A DNA stretch of 64,000 nt from Mobula hypostoma (GCF_963921235.1 NC_086097.1:234052001-234116000), one strand, 5' to 3'. Numbered from the stretch's first letter, positions 24,995-37,624 are shown. Notes: a model not told the origin generated them from the letters alone. Made by a program: numbers and translations.

Positions 24995-27900
24995 AAAGCG
25001 AGGGCTCACCAGTGAAAAGGGAGGCCCTGGTGAGCCGGACGATACTCCCTTCAGCCTCCCAGACTCGGATGCAGATCCCGGCTACCGTGAATTACCAACA
25101 ACAATCCCTGTTCCTATCTGCTTTGGTGGATTCCGGTGCCAAGGGCAATCTGCTGGACAAAGAGATAGCCACCCAGGCCGGGATACCTTGTGAGCCGCTA
25201 ACTACCCTCCTAGAGGCCCGGGCCCTGGACGGAAAACTGCTGGATCGGGTGACCTACTGTATGCCGCCCCTGACCTTGATCCTATCCGGCAACCATTGGG
25301 AGGAGGTACTATTCAGTCTCATTCATTCACCCCAAGCCCCGGTAGTTCTAGGGTATACATGGCTGACCCAACACAATCCCCACATTAACTGGCGACCGAG
25401 AGTATAGCCAAATGGAGCTAGTCTTGCCATGCCAACTGTCTGCGGTCAGCCCCATCTCCCAGCGAAACTGTCGCGACCACGCCTGCCTGGAACCCCTCAA
25501 TTTGTCCTGAGTCCCCATAGAATACCATGATCTGGGACAGGTATTCAGTAAACAATGGGCCCTTTCCCTGCCTCCGCACTGCCTATATGATATGCCAGTC
25601 GCTTTTTTAACCTATCCCGACTGGAGAGTTAGGCCATGGAGAAGTACATTAGTGAGTTCTTCATGGCGGGCATTATCAAACCTTCATCTTCCACACAAGG
25701 CGTCAGTTTCTTCTTTGTAGAAAAGAAGGACGGGTCACTTTGTCCTTGTATTGATTACAGAGGCCTAAACAGTATAACAGTTAAGAATAAGTACCCTCTA
25801 CCCCTCATTAGTTCAGCTTTTGAACCACTGCATGGAGCCACCATCTTCTCAAAGCTGGACCTTCGTAACACCTACCATCTAGTCAGGATGAGGGAGGAGG
25901 ACGAGTGGACGACGGCCTTTAGTACACCTCTGGGCCACTTCAAATATTTGGTCATGCCGTTTGGCCTCACCAATGCTCCCGCAGTTTTTCAAGCCCTGAT
26001 CAATGACGTACTGAGGGATTTTATTAATCGGTTAGTATTCATTTACCTCGCTGATATCCTGATATTTTCCAGCACCCCCCAAGAACACGTTCACCATGTC
26101 GGTCAAGTCCTCCAGTGACTGTGAGAAAACCAGTTATTTGTGAAGGCGGAGAAATGTGAGTTCCACGTTCCCTCGGTCAGCTTCTTGGGCTATATCATTG
26201 AGAGCGGGCAGGTGACAGCAGACCCCGAGAAGATCAGGGCAGTGGAAGAATGGCCTAGGCCCACGATCCGCAAACAACTTCAATGATTCCTGGGGTTTGC
26301 AAACTTCTACCGCTGATTTATCAGAGACTACAGTTGAGTGCCCCCCCCCCCTTACCTGGCTTACCTCGCCTACTACCCCCTTCTGTTGGGGCTCCGAAGC
26401 TGACTCGGCGTTCAGCGACCTGAAGAGGCATTTCACCACCGCTCCCATCCTGGTCCATCCGGTCCCAGCCCGTCAATTCATTGTTGAGGTGGACACCTCT
26501 ATCTCCAGGATAGGAGAAGTCCTATCCCAACGATCAAGTTCGGATGAAAAGCTTCACCCCTGCGCCTTCTATTCTCGCTGACTGTCCCCCGCCGAGCGGA
26601 ACTACGACGTGGGGAATCGGGAACTCCTGGCGGTCAAACTAGCATTAGAAGAATGGAGACACTGTCTGGAGGGGGCAGAACAACCGTTTGTGGTGTGGAC
26701 TGATCATAAAAACCTGGGGTATATTCAGACCTCCAAACGTTTGAAATCCCGCCAGGCCCATAGAGCATTATTTTTTTTTGCACGGTTCAAGTTTTCCCTC
26801 ACATACCTTCCAGGGTCCAAGAACGGGAAGCCGGACGTGCTTTCCCGCCAATATGACTCCAAGGCGGCACTTCCAGCCCAGGGACTATCCTCCCACCATC
26901 CTGCGTGGTTGCCACCCTCACTTGGGAGATCGAGTCCAAAGTAAAAGAAGCCCAACGGGATGACCCCGACCCTGGCAATGGACCCAGCGATCACCGTCTC
27001 TGTCAGGTCTCAGGTTCTCCAATGGGGGCACACATCTGGTTCACCTGCCACCCCGGGAGTGAAAAGACCCTAGATCTTCTTTAAAAAAAACACTTTTGGT
27101 GGCTGTCCATGGAGGCAGAAACCTGTTCCTATGTCTCGGCATGTTCCATCTGTGCCGGGCGAAAAGCCTCTCATCGGCCACCTGCAGGTTTACTTCGTCC
27201 TCTACCTGTCCCTGGTCGACCCTGGTCACATATCGCCCTAGACTTTGTCACCAGTCTACCCCTTTCACATGGAAACACCACCGTACTCACCTTGGTAAAC
27301 CGGTTCTCCAAGGCGGTGCACTTTGTAGCCCTCCCTATACACCTTTCCTCTCAAGAAATCGCAGATTTTCTCGTGTGCTACGTCTTCCGCCTCCACAGAA
27401 TCCTCGCAGACATCGTCTCCGACCGAAGTCCCCAGTTCGTCTTGCAGGTATGGAAGGCATTCTGTCAAGGCTTAGGTGCATCGGTCAGCCTGTCATCTGG
27501 CTTCCACCCCCAGACGAACAGGCAGACGGAACGGGTCAACCGACACCTGGAGGCGAAGCTACGTTGTGTAACGGCAAACAACCCGTCGACCTGGAGCGAC
27601 CACCTCCCGTGGGTTGAGTATGCCCACAACTCTCTGGTGAGCTCTGCCATTGGGAGGTCTCCATTCGAGTGCTCCCTGAGGTACCAACCCCCGCTGTTCA
27701 CCACGCAAGAAGAGGAGATTGCGGTACCGTCGGTTCAGGACCATATCGATCAGTGCCTTAAGGTTTGGGAGGAGACATGCACAGCCCTACTCAGATCAGC
27801 AAATCGCAATAAAAAGATGGCCGACTGACTCTGGATGCCGGCCCTTGAGTACCAACTGGGGCAGATGGTGTGGCTTTCAACAAAGGACATCCCACTCAAG

Positions 27901-28300
27901 AACGAGCAGAGGAAACTCGCCCCTTGCTTTCTGGGACCATTCAAGGTCAAAAGTGTTATCAATCCTGCAGCGGTCCACCTAAAATGGCCAAGATCTAAGT
28001 GCATCCACCTGACTTTTCATGTTTCTCAGTTAAAGCCAGTTTCCATCAGCCCATTGTGTCCCCCAGCTGAGACTCCCCCATCTGCCCGTATCATCAACAA
28101 CCATCCGGCATACACTGTCCGATGACTACTGGATGTGAGCTGTTGGGGCAGGGGTTTCCAATACCTGGTAGACTGGGAAGGGTCCGGTCCAGAAGAGCGT
28201 TCCTGGGTCCCCTGCTCCTTCATCCTAGACCGTTCCCTCATCCAGGACTTTCATTGGGACCTTCGAGACAGGCCTGGAGGATCGCCTTCAGGCTTCCGTT
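24990..28300 (+). pseudogene. pol: pol remnant (protease, RT, RNase H, integrase, chromodomain)
   Basis: Protease [26 protein letters not shown] and YLAD (mutated YLDD). RNase H VEVDTS, RELLAV and WTDHKNL. Integrase IALDFV, IVSDR and QTERVN. Chromodomain [16 protein letters not shown]. Many stops. Confidence 0.95.
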
Positions 28301-28313
28301 GAGGGAGGGTTAC

Positions 28314-28703
28314 TGTCATGGTCCCTTCTGGCAATCCGCCACCTTGCTATTTACCTCAGAAATTGGGCCTCAATCCCCTCGTTTAATTTCCAATCATTCC
28401 CAGGTTCCATTAACTACACACACCCTGCTTTCCATCAGAAAATGCAGGATAAAGACCCAGTGATCACACCAAGGAGCTGCCAGTTCATTGGTTGACTCTG
28501 GTGTGAGTAACCTCGTTTCATGGTTGTTAGGACTGTCAGTTCAAAGACTAGCATTGCTCCTGGATTCTGTGCAAACACAAGACTTCAGGTAAAGACTCTC
28601 CTGGAAACCGATTCCACGCTCGCTATGGCAATAATGCCTCCCAACTCTGCGCCCGCGCCTGTGTTCTGCACTTGGGTTCGTCCACCGCCATGCTTGTGTA
28701 ACA
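28314..28703 (+). repeat. 3' LTR
   Basis: Starts TGTCA after the PPT and ends GTAACA, followed by the TSD. Confidence 0.95.
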
Positions 28704-29059
28704 GTAACAGCTACAGAGGAAGGGCAGTGCAGGTAAGCAATAAAGTGCAAGATCTTAACAAGGTAGGCTGTGAGGTCAAGAATGATAATCTTTTCTTCTA
28801 CATAAATAAGTTTGAGCAGCATAGAAGATTAACATCCGTATGACTAAAGACAGCAAAAACATGTGCTCACTGCCTTTTAGTTAGGTAGCAGTCTGTCGTG
28901 CAGACTCTAGGTAAACAAGCAGTATGACGAGTAGAAATAGGTGTGGGATTGGGGTGTAGAATTGTTATTTTTTGTACTTGCAGTTTAACTTTCCTATCCT
29001 TGCTTGTATTTTTATATAATCTTGTTACATACACCTGTTAGGGTGCATTCTACATATAC

Positions 29060-29700
29060 CTTATAAGATAACTGTAGCCTTCAGCCAGGAGCAGATGTCA
29101 TCAGGTGGTTCCCAACATTCACAGTGTTTCAACCCTTAACCACGACACTCTGCAGTTGATGGGCCGGCAGTGATGGCCAAATCACTGCCCATCTGCTCCT
29201 GGCTTCCAGCTTTCCTCCTCTCACCTACTCCAAATCCAACAAGAGGCTCATTCTGCCTCTTCCCCCATCCTACGAGCTGCTTGTTTTTCACTCATGCTGG
29301 TTTGGCTGGGAAACCTCAGCATCCGATCCCTACAGGTAACGACCATGCCTGCCATCCCTTGTCTTTACACTCCTGCAGTAAGGGCTGGTACTTCAGGCCT
29401 TCCTCTCATGGGCCTCTTCCCATCCCTCCTCCCACGGCACAGTTAGCTCAACCAGAGTTATTTTCCTATCTTCAGTTGATCACAGTACAATGTCCGGGCG
29501 TAGGCTTGTGTGCACCACATCCAGGAACTGCAGCCTCCTTCCCACATCGACCCTCATCTCCCAGGACCTGGCCGTTAGCAGCAGATTGGACTTTGGTTGT
29601 TTGGTTACGAAAGGCCTGGCTCCCTGTTTGATGAAGGTGATGGCCTTCCTCAAATCTGTGCCAGCCGTCCTCTTCTTGCATCTCTCTCGCTCTGGAGCAT
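29060..29700 (-). mobile_element. Hero-like (R2-group, restriction-like endonuclease) non-LTR retrotransposon 3' fragment
   Basis: Manual translation gives WEMRVDVGRRLQF...TSLRPDIVL*STEDRKITLVELTVPWEEGWEEAHERK/KYQPLLQECKDKGW...PVGIGC*GF...EAE*ASCWIWSR, a PD-(D/E)xK-type RLE. A structured 3' UTR follows. Confidence 0.85.
29094..29149 (-). ncRNA. Candidate non-circularly permuted hammerhead ribozyme in the Hero-like 3' UTR
   Basis: Minus strand reads AGUGUC|GUGGUU-AAGGGUU-GAAACACU-(12 nt)-AACCAC-CUGAUGA-CAUCU. Stem III (AGUGU/ACACU) and stem I (GUGGUU/AACCAC) are perfect, and stem II is weak. Confidence 0.6.
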
Positions 29701-31359
29701 CTTTTCAGTCTGCTCCTTGTTTCCTTTGACGCTTCTCCATCTTCTTTGCTCTTGTAACACTTAATAAAATGGCCACAAACATCAAGTTTTATTCCTCATT
29801 CGTGACTTCCAAAGAAACTTTGGATTGCAAAAGCATCAGGATTCAACATAAGCATATGTGAATTAGTCCCACGATAGTGAGTAGTCAGATGAGATAGAAA
29901 CCCTATGAGTAAAACTGATGTAGAAGAGGTTACTAATGTTGCTTTTTGACGACACAGAATTGGAGGATGTTAGCTTGTTCTTTGTATAGCCCTCAATTAT
30001 AGCAAGACAGCACCTTCCTTTCTCATAGTATCAGCCTTGGTGGAGGTAAGCAAAGGGCCAGTGATGTTAATAATAACTGATTACTGTTACTTTCATCTGA
30101 TTGGCTCTGTGCTGATCTGTATCATTGGCTTTTAAATATTACACTCTTTACAGTTTAGAAGCAAGTGTGAAACACTTTCCCCACTTGCAAGTGTAACATT
30201 GGAAATAATTTTTTAATATATTGAGAAACTGTGTGGAGTTGGCCCTTCCGGCACTTCCAGCAACCCCAGTTTTAACCCTAGCCCAGTAACAACCAATTAA
30301 CCGACCAACCAGTGTGAATTTGGACTGTGGGAGGAAACTGGAGCACTGGAGGAAACCCACATGGTCACAGGGAGAATGTACAAATTCATTACAGACAGCA
30401 GCAGGAATTGAACCTGGATCACTGGTACTATAAAGCGTTGTGCTGGTCATTAAGCTACCGTGCCACAGACAAGCATGTTGCTGCTTGACCAGAAATTTGG
30501 ACGGATAGAGTGATCCTTACCACATTTTGCAAAGGATCCTAAGGTTAAAAGAAATAAAGATTCTCAGATCTCTGTGAATCTTTTTTCATTTTAAATCTAT
30601 GTCCCTCAGTAACTTGGTCTCGGCAAAGGAATGTAGGTTCCACTTCTTCCCCTCTGAATCTCTTGTAAGTTCATGCATTTATATTAAATATCATTTCAGA
30701 CTCCATTGTTCAAAAGAAAAAAAAATACCCTGTTCAGTTACTACTTGTTGGCAAAATTCCTCAGGGCAATAAAATTCTTGTCAATCTCTTGTATAAGATT
30801 TCTCATGACCAGAACTGAACACGGTTCTTTATCTGTTGTGTCTATTGTCCAAAGGTTCAAAGTTTGAAGTAAATTTATTGGATCCAAGTGCGTACACGAT
30901 CAAGGTTAACCTTAAGATTCACTTTCCTGCAGGCACCCACAAAACAATAGCATCCTCAACAAAGACCAGCAAGTTGTGCTCAAAAATAGCAAATAATATA
31001 TGGAACATCAGATGCAGGATCCCTGAAAGTGAGTCAACAGCTGTAGAGTCAATTTAGCACAGAGGCGAGTGAAACTGGTCCAGGAGCCTGAAGGCTGCAG
31101 GGCAACAACTGTTCCCAAACCTGGTGGTGTTGGACTCAAGACTTCTGCATCTCCTGCTCAATGGTAGTGGTGAGAAGAGCGGGAAATGGGTCTTATTATA
31201 ATCCTTCCCTTGTATTTATCATTTATCTCATAACCAGAATGTCTTAATTTATCATCAATACCTTCATTGCTGACTATGAATTTCCCATTTACCTTTGAAA
31301 CCATTTTACCCTCTTGTTCTATTGTCTTCAGTGATCTGTTTGTGGTGCATGTACAATGC

Positions 31360-32582
31360 ATCTCTTTCAAGTCAGTATTTAGTAGATGTACCTTTGGTAG
31401 CAATTACAGCTTTAAGTCTGTGTGCACACCTGGACTCTGCAAATTTTCCCCATTCTTCTTTACATAACTGCGGAAGCTCTGCCAGATTGCATGGGGATCA
31501 TGACTGAACAGCCCTTTTCAAGTCCAGCAATAAAATCTCAATCGGATTGATAGTGACTTGGCCACTCCAGGACATTAACTTTGTTGCTTTTAAGCTCTTC
31601 CTGTGTAGCTTTGGCTTTATACTTGGGGTTATTGTCTTGCTGGAAAACAAATCTTCTACAAAGTCACAGTTCTCTTGCAGACTGTATCAGGTTTTTCTCA
31701 CAGATTTCCCTCTATTTTGCTGCATTTTTTAATCTGTCCATAGAACCTTATTGCAGCTTACTTCAGACTTCCACATGCCTTCTGGTAAACTCTAGCTAGG
31801 ATTTAATGTGAGCTTTTTTCAACATTGGCTTTCTCTTTGCCACTCTCCCATAAAGCTGTGACTGGTGAAGCACGCGGGCAACAGTTGTTGTATGCATAGT
31901 CTCTCCCATCTCAGCCACTGAAGCTTGTAACTCCTCCAGAATTGCCATAGGTCTCTTGGTGGCCCCCTCATTTGTCCCCTTCTTGCACAATTATTTAGTT
32001 TTTTGAGGATGGTCTGCTCTAGGCAGATTTACAGCTGTCATTTTTTTTCCCATTTCTTGATGATTGACTGAACTGTAGTCTAAGTGACTAGGAAATGTTT
32101 TTCTATCCATCTCTTGACCTTTGACTATCAGTAACCTTTTCGTAGAGTTGCCTGTAGTGTACTTTTGTTTTCACGGTGTAGTTTTTGCCGGGATCCTGAC
32201 TCACCAGCAGTTGGACCTTTCAGATACAGTTGTATTTTTTACTACAATCAATTGAAACACCATGACTGCACACAGGTCTCCATTTAACTAATTATGTGCC
32301 TTCTAAAACCAATTGGCTGCACCAGTGATGATTTGTTGTGTCGTATTAAAGGGGGTGAATATTTATGCAATTAATTACCTTGTGTATTATATTTTTTCTA
32401 TCTAATTTAGATCACTTTGTAGAGATCTGTTTTAACTTTGACACTAAAAATCCTTTTCTGTTGATCAGTGTCAAAAAATCCAGATTATATCCACTGTGAG
32501 TCAATGGTGTAAAACAATAAAACATGAAAACTCCCAAGTGGGCGGCAGGGAGAAGGTGGGGGCATACTTTTTATGGGCACTG
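31360..32582 (-). mobile_element. Degenerate Tc1-like DNA transposon (second TIR piece at ~33705-33790)
   Basis: ORF 31796..31990 has ATKRPMAILEELQ...TTTVARVLHQSQLYGRVAKRKPML. The end ...TACTTTTTATGGGCACTG|TA is a Tc1-type CAGTG TIR. Confidence 0.85.
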
Positions 32583-32584
32583 TA

Positions 32585-33500
32585 AATGACCTGGAAGAAA
32601 AAGTAAATGGGTGGGTTTGTAAATTTGTAGATGATACCAAGATTGTTGGAGTTGTGGATAGTGTAGAAAACTGGCAAAGAACGCAGCACAACATAGACCA
32701 GATGTAGATATGGGCTGATAATTGGCAGATGGAATTTAATGCAGATAAATGTGAGGTGTTGCACCTCGGTAAGGCAAATACAAGGAGACAGTACACCATT
32801 AAGTGCAAGGTCCTTAATAGTGTTGCTGAGCAGAGGGATCTTGAGATCCAAGTTCATAGCTCCTTGAAAGTGGCGACACAGGTCTGAAGCATTGAGTTCA
32901 AATGTCAGGACATTATGTTGCAACTTTATAAAGCTCTGATTTGGTCACATCTGGAGTATTAAATACAGTTCTGGTCACCCCATTATAGGAAGGAGATGTG
33001 GCTTTGGAGAGGGTGCAGAAGATGCTTACCAGGATGCTGCCTGTTTTAGAAGGGATGTGCCATCACAGGAGGCTGGAGAAACTTGGGTTGTTTACTCTGG
33101 AGAATTGGAGGCTGAGGGAAGATCTGATAGTTTACAAGATTAAGGGAGACATAGAGTGGACGAAGTATCAGATCTCCAGGGCTGACATGTCTAATACCAG
33201 AGAGTATGTGTTGAAGGTGAGAGGGTGGAGGTTTGGGGGGAAGTGAGGGATAAGTTTTTTTTCTCAAGGTTGTGAATGTCTAGAATGTGAAGCCTGGTGT
33301 GGTGGTAGAGGTAAGTATATTAGAGGCTTTTAAGAGATGTTTGGATAGGCACGTGGATGAAAGGAAGGTGGAAGGATACGGAGAATGTGTAGGTAGGAGG
33401 GATTAGTATTTGGGTGTTTGTGATTTGCTGTTCAGCTGGTTCAGCACAACATTGCAGGCTGAAAGGCCTGTTCCTGTGCTGTACTGTTCTATGTTCTATA
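32585..33500 (+). mobile_element. Degenerate CR1 3' fragment
   Basis: KFVDDTK, WQMEFNADKC and ALERVQKMLTRMLP, ending in a TTCTATG tail. Confidence 0.85.
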
Positions 33501-34380
33501 CTACAGAGGCTAGTGTCCACAACGGAAATGACTAATTTGACAACTTTCTGCAGCTAGCTTCAATCCTGTGCAGTTGCCCACATCCTTCAAACTCTGAATG
33601 AAATACAGCCACTGTCTCTCCTTTTTTATAGTTGTGTAGATATGTTGGGACTTCGTTAGGTCCTCTGAGATATTAACACCTAGGAACTTGAAATTGCTTA
33701 CTCTCAATTATATCCACTATGATTCAATGTTGTAAAACAATAAAACATTAAAATTTCTGGGAGGGGGGTGAATACTTTTTATAGGCACTGTAGGTAGCCT
33801 AAGACTTTTGCACAGTATTGAATATGTCACTATCTATTAAGGCATTCACAGTAGAACAAAGAAATACATTAGATTCAATGAAAGTCTGACAAAGGCTGAA
33901 AAGCAGCCCATGTGCAAAAGACGACAAAATGTAAATGAAGAAATTATGATAGATGCCACCTTCTTGTGGTATCACATTTTGAACTTGTCCTCGATTGTGG
34001 GGAGGCTAGATCCCATGATAGTGTGTTGAGTCTACAACCGCCACAGCTTTTCCCAGTACTGTGCACGGGAGCCTCCATACTGAACGCTGATGAAACCAGT
34101 TAGAATGCTCTCTATTACACAGCTGTAGAAATTTGCTAGAGTCTTTGGTGACATACCAAATCTCCTCAAATCTGATCTCTTGAGAGATCAGATTGAAATT
34201 GGCTACTGTTGGTTGATCTCTCAAATCTCTGAGTGAATAAGTTACCCCTCATATGCAACTTAAATATTTCACCTGTCACCCTTAACCTGTGCCCTCCAGT
34301 TATAGTCCTCAGTGGAAAAGCCTGCCACTTGGAACAATTTCTGGGCCATCGAATTTTCAGGCAAATTAGCTGCCCAATCT

Positions 34381-35071
34381 GTGAAGGGGCAGGAGAAGAT
34401 GGCGGCGTGACACAGCTTGCGCGGCCACTCCGGTGAATGATATCTGTAATCTGTCAAGTAGGGTGCCGTGTACAATCCTGATTTGATGGAGACAGACGTG
34501 AGAGAATGGAGGAACATCTGGAGAAACTTCTGAAATAACCTTTCTCGCTGCCGCTGCTACTGTGTGATTCGGAGTCTCCGGAGGGATAGGCCCCAAATCT
34601 CGGCTTTGCTTGTTGCTCGGCGGCCGGGACAGGGTCAAAGCGCTCGGCAGAGATGGTGCTCGGTGTCGAAGGGCTGGTCGGGGGCTCGAAGTTTTCGGAC
34701 GGACTCATTCGGCTGTGGTCGGGTGCTTCCAGGGTGCTGCATCGACAGTTCTCGGTGCCTGGAGGTTTATGGCAGAGAGAGTTTCTCCCTTCTGTCGCCT
34801 GCTATCAGGAACTATCGGGAGTTGATTAGAACTTTGAGACTTTTTTTACTGTTCCCATGGTCTGCTCTTCATTAAATTATGGTATTGCTTTGCACTGTTG
34901 TAACTACATGTTATAATTATGTGGTCTTGTCACTGTTAGTTCTTTGGTTTGTCTTTTTTTTGTGATATCACTCTGGAGGAACATTGTATCATTTCTTAAT
35001 GCATGCATGCATTTCTAAATGACAATAAACGAGGACTGAGTGTCCTCATAATCTAATCTAAATCTAATCTA
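34381..35071 (+). mobile_element. Non-autonomous retroposon family A copy 2
   Basis: Starts GGAGAAGATGGCGGC and ends in an (AATCT)n tail. Confidence 0.85.
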
Positions 35072-35084
35072 AATTACAGGTATG

Positions 35085-35850
35085 AATAAATGGAGGTGCA
35101 AGAGTCCACAGATGCTGGAGCTAGGGCAAACACCAAACTGCTGGAGGAACTCAATGGAGCAGGCAGCATCTGTGGATGAAAAGGGATGGTTGATGTTTTG
35201 AGAGGACACAATGCATCAGTTCTGAGAGTCAAGAGGGAGGAGAGTGAGGGGTGAGACAGAGGCTGGTAGGCGAGATGAAACTAGATGATGTCGGGATAGA
35301 GAAGATGGGTAGATGGAGACAGTGAGGAGGAGAGAATTGGGGTCAGAAGTGCTGAGACAGAGTCTGGTTAGTGAAACATAGAAGCACAAAGAAATATATT
35401 AGTCAGACATAGGTGGAAGAGAGGAGAGTTTAGGGCAGAAAGAGAGGCTGGTAGATGATAGGTGGAACCAGGTAAGGGAGGAATCATGGGCAGGTGGAAC
35501 TGGTTGGGGAGGGGATAGGATTAAGAGAATTGAGAGAGAAGAAATCAAGGTAGATAGTATGTTGGTGATGGGCCAATAGAACTAAGTGGGGGAAGGTGAT
35601 GAGCCATTGGTAACAAGGAGCAAGGATGGAAAAGGTGAACAATGGGGGAAAAGAACCTGGATGGACAGGTAGGTGTGAGAAAGGAACACTGGGGGAGTGC
35701 GTGACTTGACATTGTAAAATACACTGTTCATCGCATTGGGCTGTAGGTTAATGTGGAAAGGAGGTGCAGTTCTTCTAACCTGCATTTGACTTCACTGTGG
35801 CAGTTCAGGAGGCCAAATATAGATAGGTCAGAGAAAGGGAATTAAAATGA
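35085..35850 (-). mobile_element. Old Penelope-like pLTR fragment
   Basis: CAGATGCTGG...CTGCTGGAGGAACTCA...GGCAGCATC terminus, a purine-rich tract and an LQPNAMN remnant. Confidence 0.65.
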
Positions 35851-36556
35851 CATTGAACTAGTTGTATGACACTGGCCTAAAAATTGGGCTTTATTAGTAT
35901 TGTAAAGACTTTGGCGTCCAAAGAGGTTAACTGCCGGACAGCTACTTTTTCTTGCCTGGGTGCTGGGCGCATTGAAAAGGGTTCAACACTATTAGATATA
36001 AGCCCCAGTTATTTTAAGCACACACATTCCATGAATTTAGTTCCTGAAACAACTCATTTTTCTCTAGAAAGTATTACAGGATTTACTTTTACAATAAATT
36101 ATCTAATGCTGATTGTCATTTTGTTTCAACATCCTGTCTAAATTTGCTTCTTGAGATAATGGACCAGAAATTCAAGCTGTTAGCTTGAATATACATTAAA
36201 AAAAACCCTCTTCTCAGGATCACTTTTAATAGCCTAAACTCTTGGTATGAGTGACAAGGCATCATTTAAGTACAGTACAGTTCAACTGCATAAATGTTTT
36301 AATACCTCTGGGACAGATTTCCATCAATTCACTACGTGGATGATATTATATTTTTATTTACCATTGCTCAGTTAGTGGAACATTGAGTTGCAGTCTGAAG
36401 AGTAAGTATTTAGTACTCCCATTTGGATAAGCAGGGCAGCCCTGTGAGGAGCATGTTTTTTTGGTTTCTCAAGTGCCTTAAATACCATACAGCCCTTATT
36501 GCCGGGGGAAAAGCTGCATTCAGTGCAAGTTGGCATTTCCATTGTAGCCTGCATAA

Positions 36557-37548
36557 TGGACCACCTGCCTGGCAGACCAAGTTTGTGCGACTTCAGAGCA
36601 ATGTGTCAGACATGGCTGTAAGCAGCACTAGGGCCCCCCAGGAATATTGACCCTCTTCCTGTTTGCCCTGTATACTTCGGACTTTAGATACAACACTGAG
36701 TCATGGCATCTGCAGAAATTCTCTGGTGACTCAGCAATAGTTGGGTGTATAAGGGGGATGGGAGGATGAGTAGATGGCCCTGGTGGAGGACTTAGTCAAA
36801 TAGTGTAAGGTGTATCATCTGCAGCTCAACATCAGTTAGACAAAGGAGATGGTGATGGACTTTAGGAAGACCAAGCCTTCACTGCTCCCTGTTACTATTG
36901 ATGGTGAGGATGTGGATGTATTGAGAGTATACAAGTACCTGGGGGTGCGCCTGTGTGATTGAATTGAGTGGAGCACCGACATCGAGGCTATGTACAAGAA
37001 GGGTCAGCGTTGCCTCTATTTCCTGAGGAGGCTGAAGTCAACTGGAGTATGCAGCCTTCTCCTTCTCATGTCTGACCAGTCTGTTGTTGCAAATACAACC
37101 TTCTATGCGGTGGTGTGCTGGGGTCAACACGGGTGATGCCAACAGGGTCAATAAGCTGATTAGAAAGGCTGGCTCTGTTATAGGAGTCAAATGGAGACAT
37201 TGAATGCTGTGGTAGAACAGAGGACCCTATGGAAGATCCTGGCAATACCGGACAATATTTCTCACCCTCTACATGCCACCTTGGCTATATAGAAGAGCAC
37301 TTTTAGTAATAGACTAAGAAAATTGTGCTGCTCCAAAGAACTGCTATATGAGGTCATTCTTACCCTTGGCCACTAGGCTCTATAAGGAGTCAACCTATAG
37401 TCAGGGAATTAATGATTCCCTCCTAATAGACTGTTTGAGGCAATAATTTTTATTATTTCTTGCTTCTCTTCTAATATTTGTCAATCCGCGCACTTGTAAT
37501 GCTACTATGATATGTAATTTCCTTTGGGATCACTAAAGTATCTATCTA
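36557..37548 (+). mobile_element. Rex1-type LINE 3' fragment
   Basis: Manual translation gives LFLFALYTSDFRYNTESWHLQKFSGDSAIVG, TKEMVMDFRK and YKYLGV. Ends in a TCTATCTA tail. Confidence 0.8.
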
Positions 37549-37624
37549 CCAGCAGCTGATTAGGCCTTGACGGCCAAAAAAAGGAAGATTTTAACTTCCT
37601 TATATTCTGATTTTAACATCATGT

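Larger units (their letters stand above)
23585..28703 (+). mobile_element. Full-length, inactivated Ty3/Gypsy LTR retrotransposon (Tf1/sushi chromovirus group)
   Basis: Two ~390-bp LTRs, TG...CA termini and 5-bp TSD GTAAC (23580-23584, 28704-28708). PPT GAGGGAGGG at 28301-28309. Domain order gag-PR-RT-RH-IN-chromo. Confidence 0.97.
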
